A DNA stretch of 63,806 bases, the filler included, from Collodictyon triciliatum (Eukaryota): the NCBI GenBank assembly GCA_043381765.1. It is 5 parts of 5 records of this genome, joined end to end, with 100 filler letters (N's around TTAATTAATTAA, not from the genome) between each part and the next. Parts side by side here need not be neighbours in the genome. Positions count along the whole stretch, not along the records: positions 58,720 to 63,806 come from JBHJMP010001731.1; 4 more parts are not named here. The stretch is one strand, 5' to 3'. The translations under genes and the position numbers were made by a program. Positions 61,844 through 63,806 of this stretch are shown piece by piece. Below the pieces are notes generated by a model. The model ran no database searches. It was not told the DNA's origin and saw nothing but the letters and a program-made list of their open reading frames with translations. Every line of letters starts with the position of its first letter. Positions within the stretch are counted from its first letter, which is position 1.

Positions 61844-63806
61844 ATGCTGCTGTGGCCGATCGAACCGGAATCCTTTCAGCCGTCCGGCGTGATTGTGCGA
61901 CTCCGTCCGTCTTCCGCCACGTTACCCGAGTCGGCCGGCTCTGCAGACGGGGCGGCTGTGAACCCCAAAGATCCCTCCGAAGCCACCACACACAAGGCAG
62001 CTTCTGCATCTGTCGGGCAAAGTTCTGGCTTTGCTCTTCAGTCGCCCTCCGGATACGCCGCGCTTTGGACTGCTGAGACTGAAAAGTGCTTCTCTTATGG
62101 CTTTGGATACGCTGTTCCGTCTTGCCCGCTTCTGCTGATGGATGTCAATCAGAATTCTGGTTGCTACTTCCTCATCGCTTCACTAATGATTTCTTTTTTT
62201 TCTGCATTACTTTTTCCTTTTAATTATTTATATATTTATTAAATTAATTAATTATTTGTCAAAACGTATGTAGACTCGCTGGCTTTTCCGTCAATCTTTT
62301 GCAGATGGCAGAATGCTATGATTTCCCCTGATGACCAAGTAATACTCTTTACTCTTAAAGTATTTATTTAGTAACTTTAACATTAATTTACTTATTTTTG
62401 GTGTTCCATTTGAAGCTCTGCATTCTGGAGACACATTCATGGACTCTTTAGTTGCTTATTTAAAAAAAAAAAAAAAAAACTTAAGCGTAACTCATTCTCG
62501 GTCTCTAGGCGCGATTGAATCAAGTCGTCAAGGCCGATTTTGCCTCAGCTTTTGCCAAAGAAAGAATTAAGTGTTGCAGAGGTTTATATATATATATATA
62601 TAATTTGGGCTCTCTCAGGATGTGATAACTTCTAAGCAGTTTATATACTTTTTTACACCGGTCACACTAAACTTTTAATCCATGAACATCGCAGCATTTG
62701 GTAAAAATTTGATACGAGGTGATGAGTCGTTTCCCTCACTGGTAATAATGCTCGCTTTTACCATTTGCACAATGAATACCAAGCGATGATAACTATGATA
62801 GTACCAAGCCACTAGTTATCCGTCAATTGTTTGGCTCTTATACTTTCAGAATATGATTCCTAAACAAATTTATATAAAAACCACTAGGAATCAGCGGCTG
62901 CCCAAGTTTTTGAAACTTCTATTCAATCATTGGAGGAAACACTGTCGGCGTTCAAGAGTAAATGAACTGAATCGGAATCCTATCTTCCACGATACATGAA
63001 TATGCATTCATTACGAAACTACACTGCTCTAATTGAGTCAATTCGACGCTCTCATTTTACCAAATTATCTGTGGAGGCATGACTTTACGTTATGAAGTAT
63101 GGCATTGATGTTTACACTTTCATGAAACCATATAGATGGTGGGAATCTTCCCGGACAGAATCTCCTCTCGAGACTCTTTTATCCAGAACTCATCACAGGC
63201 CCCCACATTGTACCAGACAAGGCTGAAACATCGACTATTTTGGCTCCTGTCCTAGTCAATCAGCAGACTGCACCAAATACACTTTTGGCGACTGTGAGAA
63301 TCCACCATCATATGAATAACTTTGCTTGGTCAATGTTTGACTCTTTATTACTTCCAGTCCAAGTTATTTGAGCCTATCGCTTGGGAGATTCCCCCAGTTG
63401 TCGACTATAGGTTGATAACCCATGGAAAGCCACTACCCTTGAATGCATCCACCCAGGAAATCTTGCAAATAACCCCGCATACACCGAAAAAGGTTCTTGT
63501 AAAAGTTGGATATTGCTTTCTTTGTTTTATGGCTGATTCCGCCTTTGAATAATTTTGAATATATATGCCCATCCAGACCCAAGGTCAAGCAGTCCACACG
63601 ATATCTTCTACCATTTTGTCTCTTTTTACCCAAGAATCAAGTTAGTACTTCCTTTCCTGATTTTATTTCGATTGGTTCTCATTTTCCGATTTAGGATTGA
63701 TTGGTTAATTATAAGTAGCAAAAAAAAAAAAAAAAAAAAAAAAATTTTATTTATTCGATTCAAAAAAAAATAAAAAAATTAAAAAAAATAAATATACAAA
63801 AAATTT
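61844..63806 (+). CDS. Hypothetical multi-exon protein, truncated by the window end
   Basis: GC-rich first exon, then a chain of GT-AG exons. YRLITHGKPL is weakly ubiquitin-like. Confidence 0.45.

Overview
This is AT-rich, intron-dense eukaryotic DNA, probably from a flagellated protist: it carries kinesin-9-like and TTC23-like genes and reads in the standard code. It is not prokaryotic. Many introns carry microsatellites, which produce most of the spurious ORFs in the track. Four N-gaps contain an artificial TTAATTAATTAA linker. I reconstructed about 17 genes by hand-splicing. They are: a Cys-rich (GCC2/GCC3-type) membrane protein, PIG-X/Pbn1, COG1, a divergent kinesin-9-like motor, an SLC35E3/UXT-type transporter, a large multi-GAF cyclic-nucleotide phosphodiesterase, a TTC23-like TPR protein, RPL3, an intronless SOX/MATA-type HMG-box gene, RAB3GAP2, GTF3C4, a TruB pseudouridine synthase, a SAM methyltransferase and several hypothetical genes. 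The most striking unexplained signal is a dispersed ultra-short element, CTTTGAATCGAATAAAGG(A)n. It has 8 clear copies and 1 partial copy in both orientations and a shared 5' end, and two copies have perfect 14- and 16-bp target-site duplications, so it looks like a minimal retroposon. Next is a phosphodiesterase with an IQ motif, five GAF domains and an HD-to-HG change in the metal site. Exon boundaries were inferred by eye and no database searches were run.
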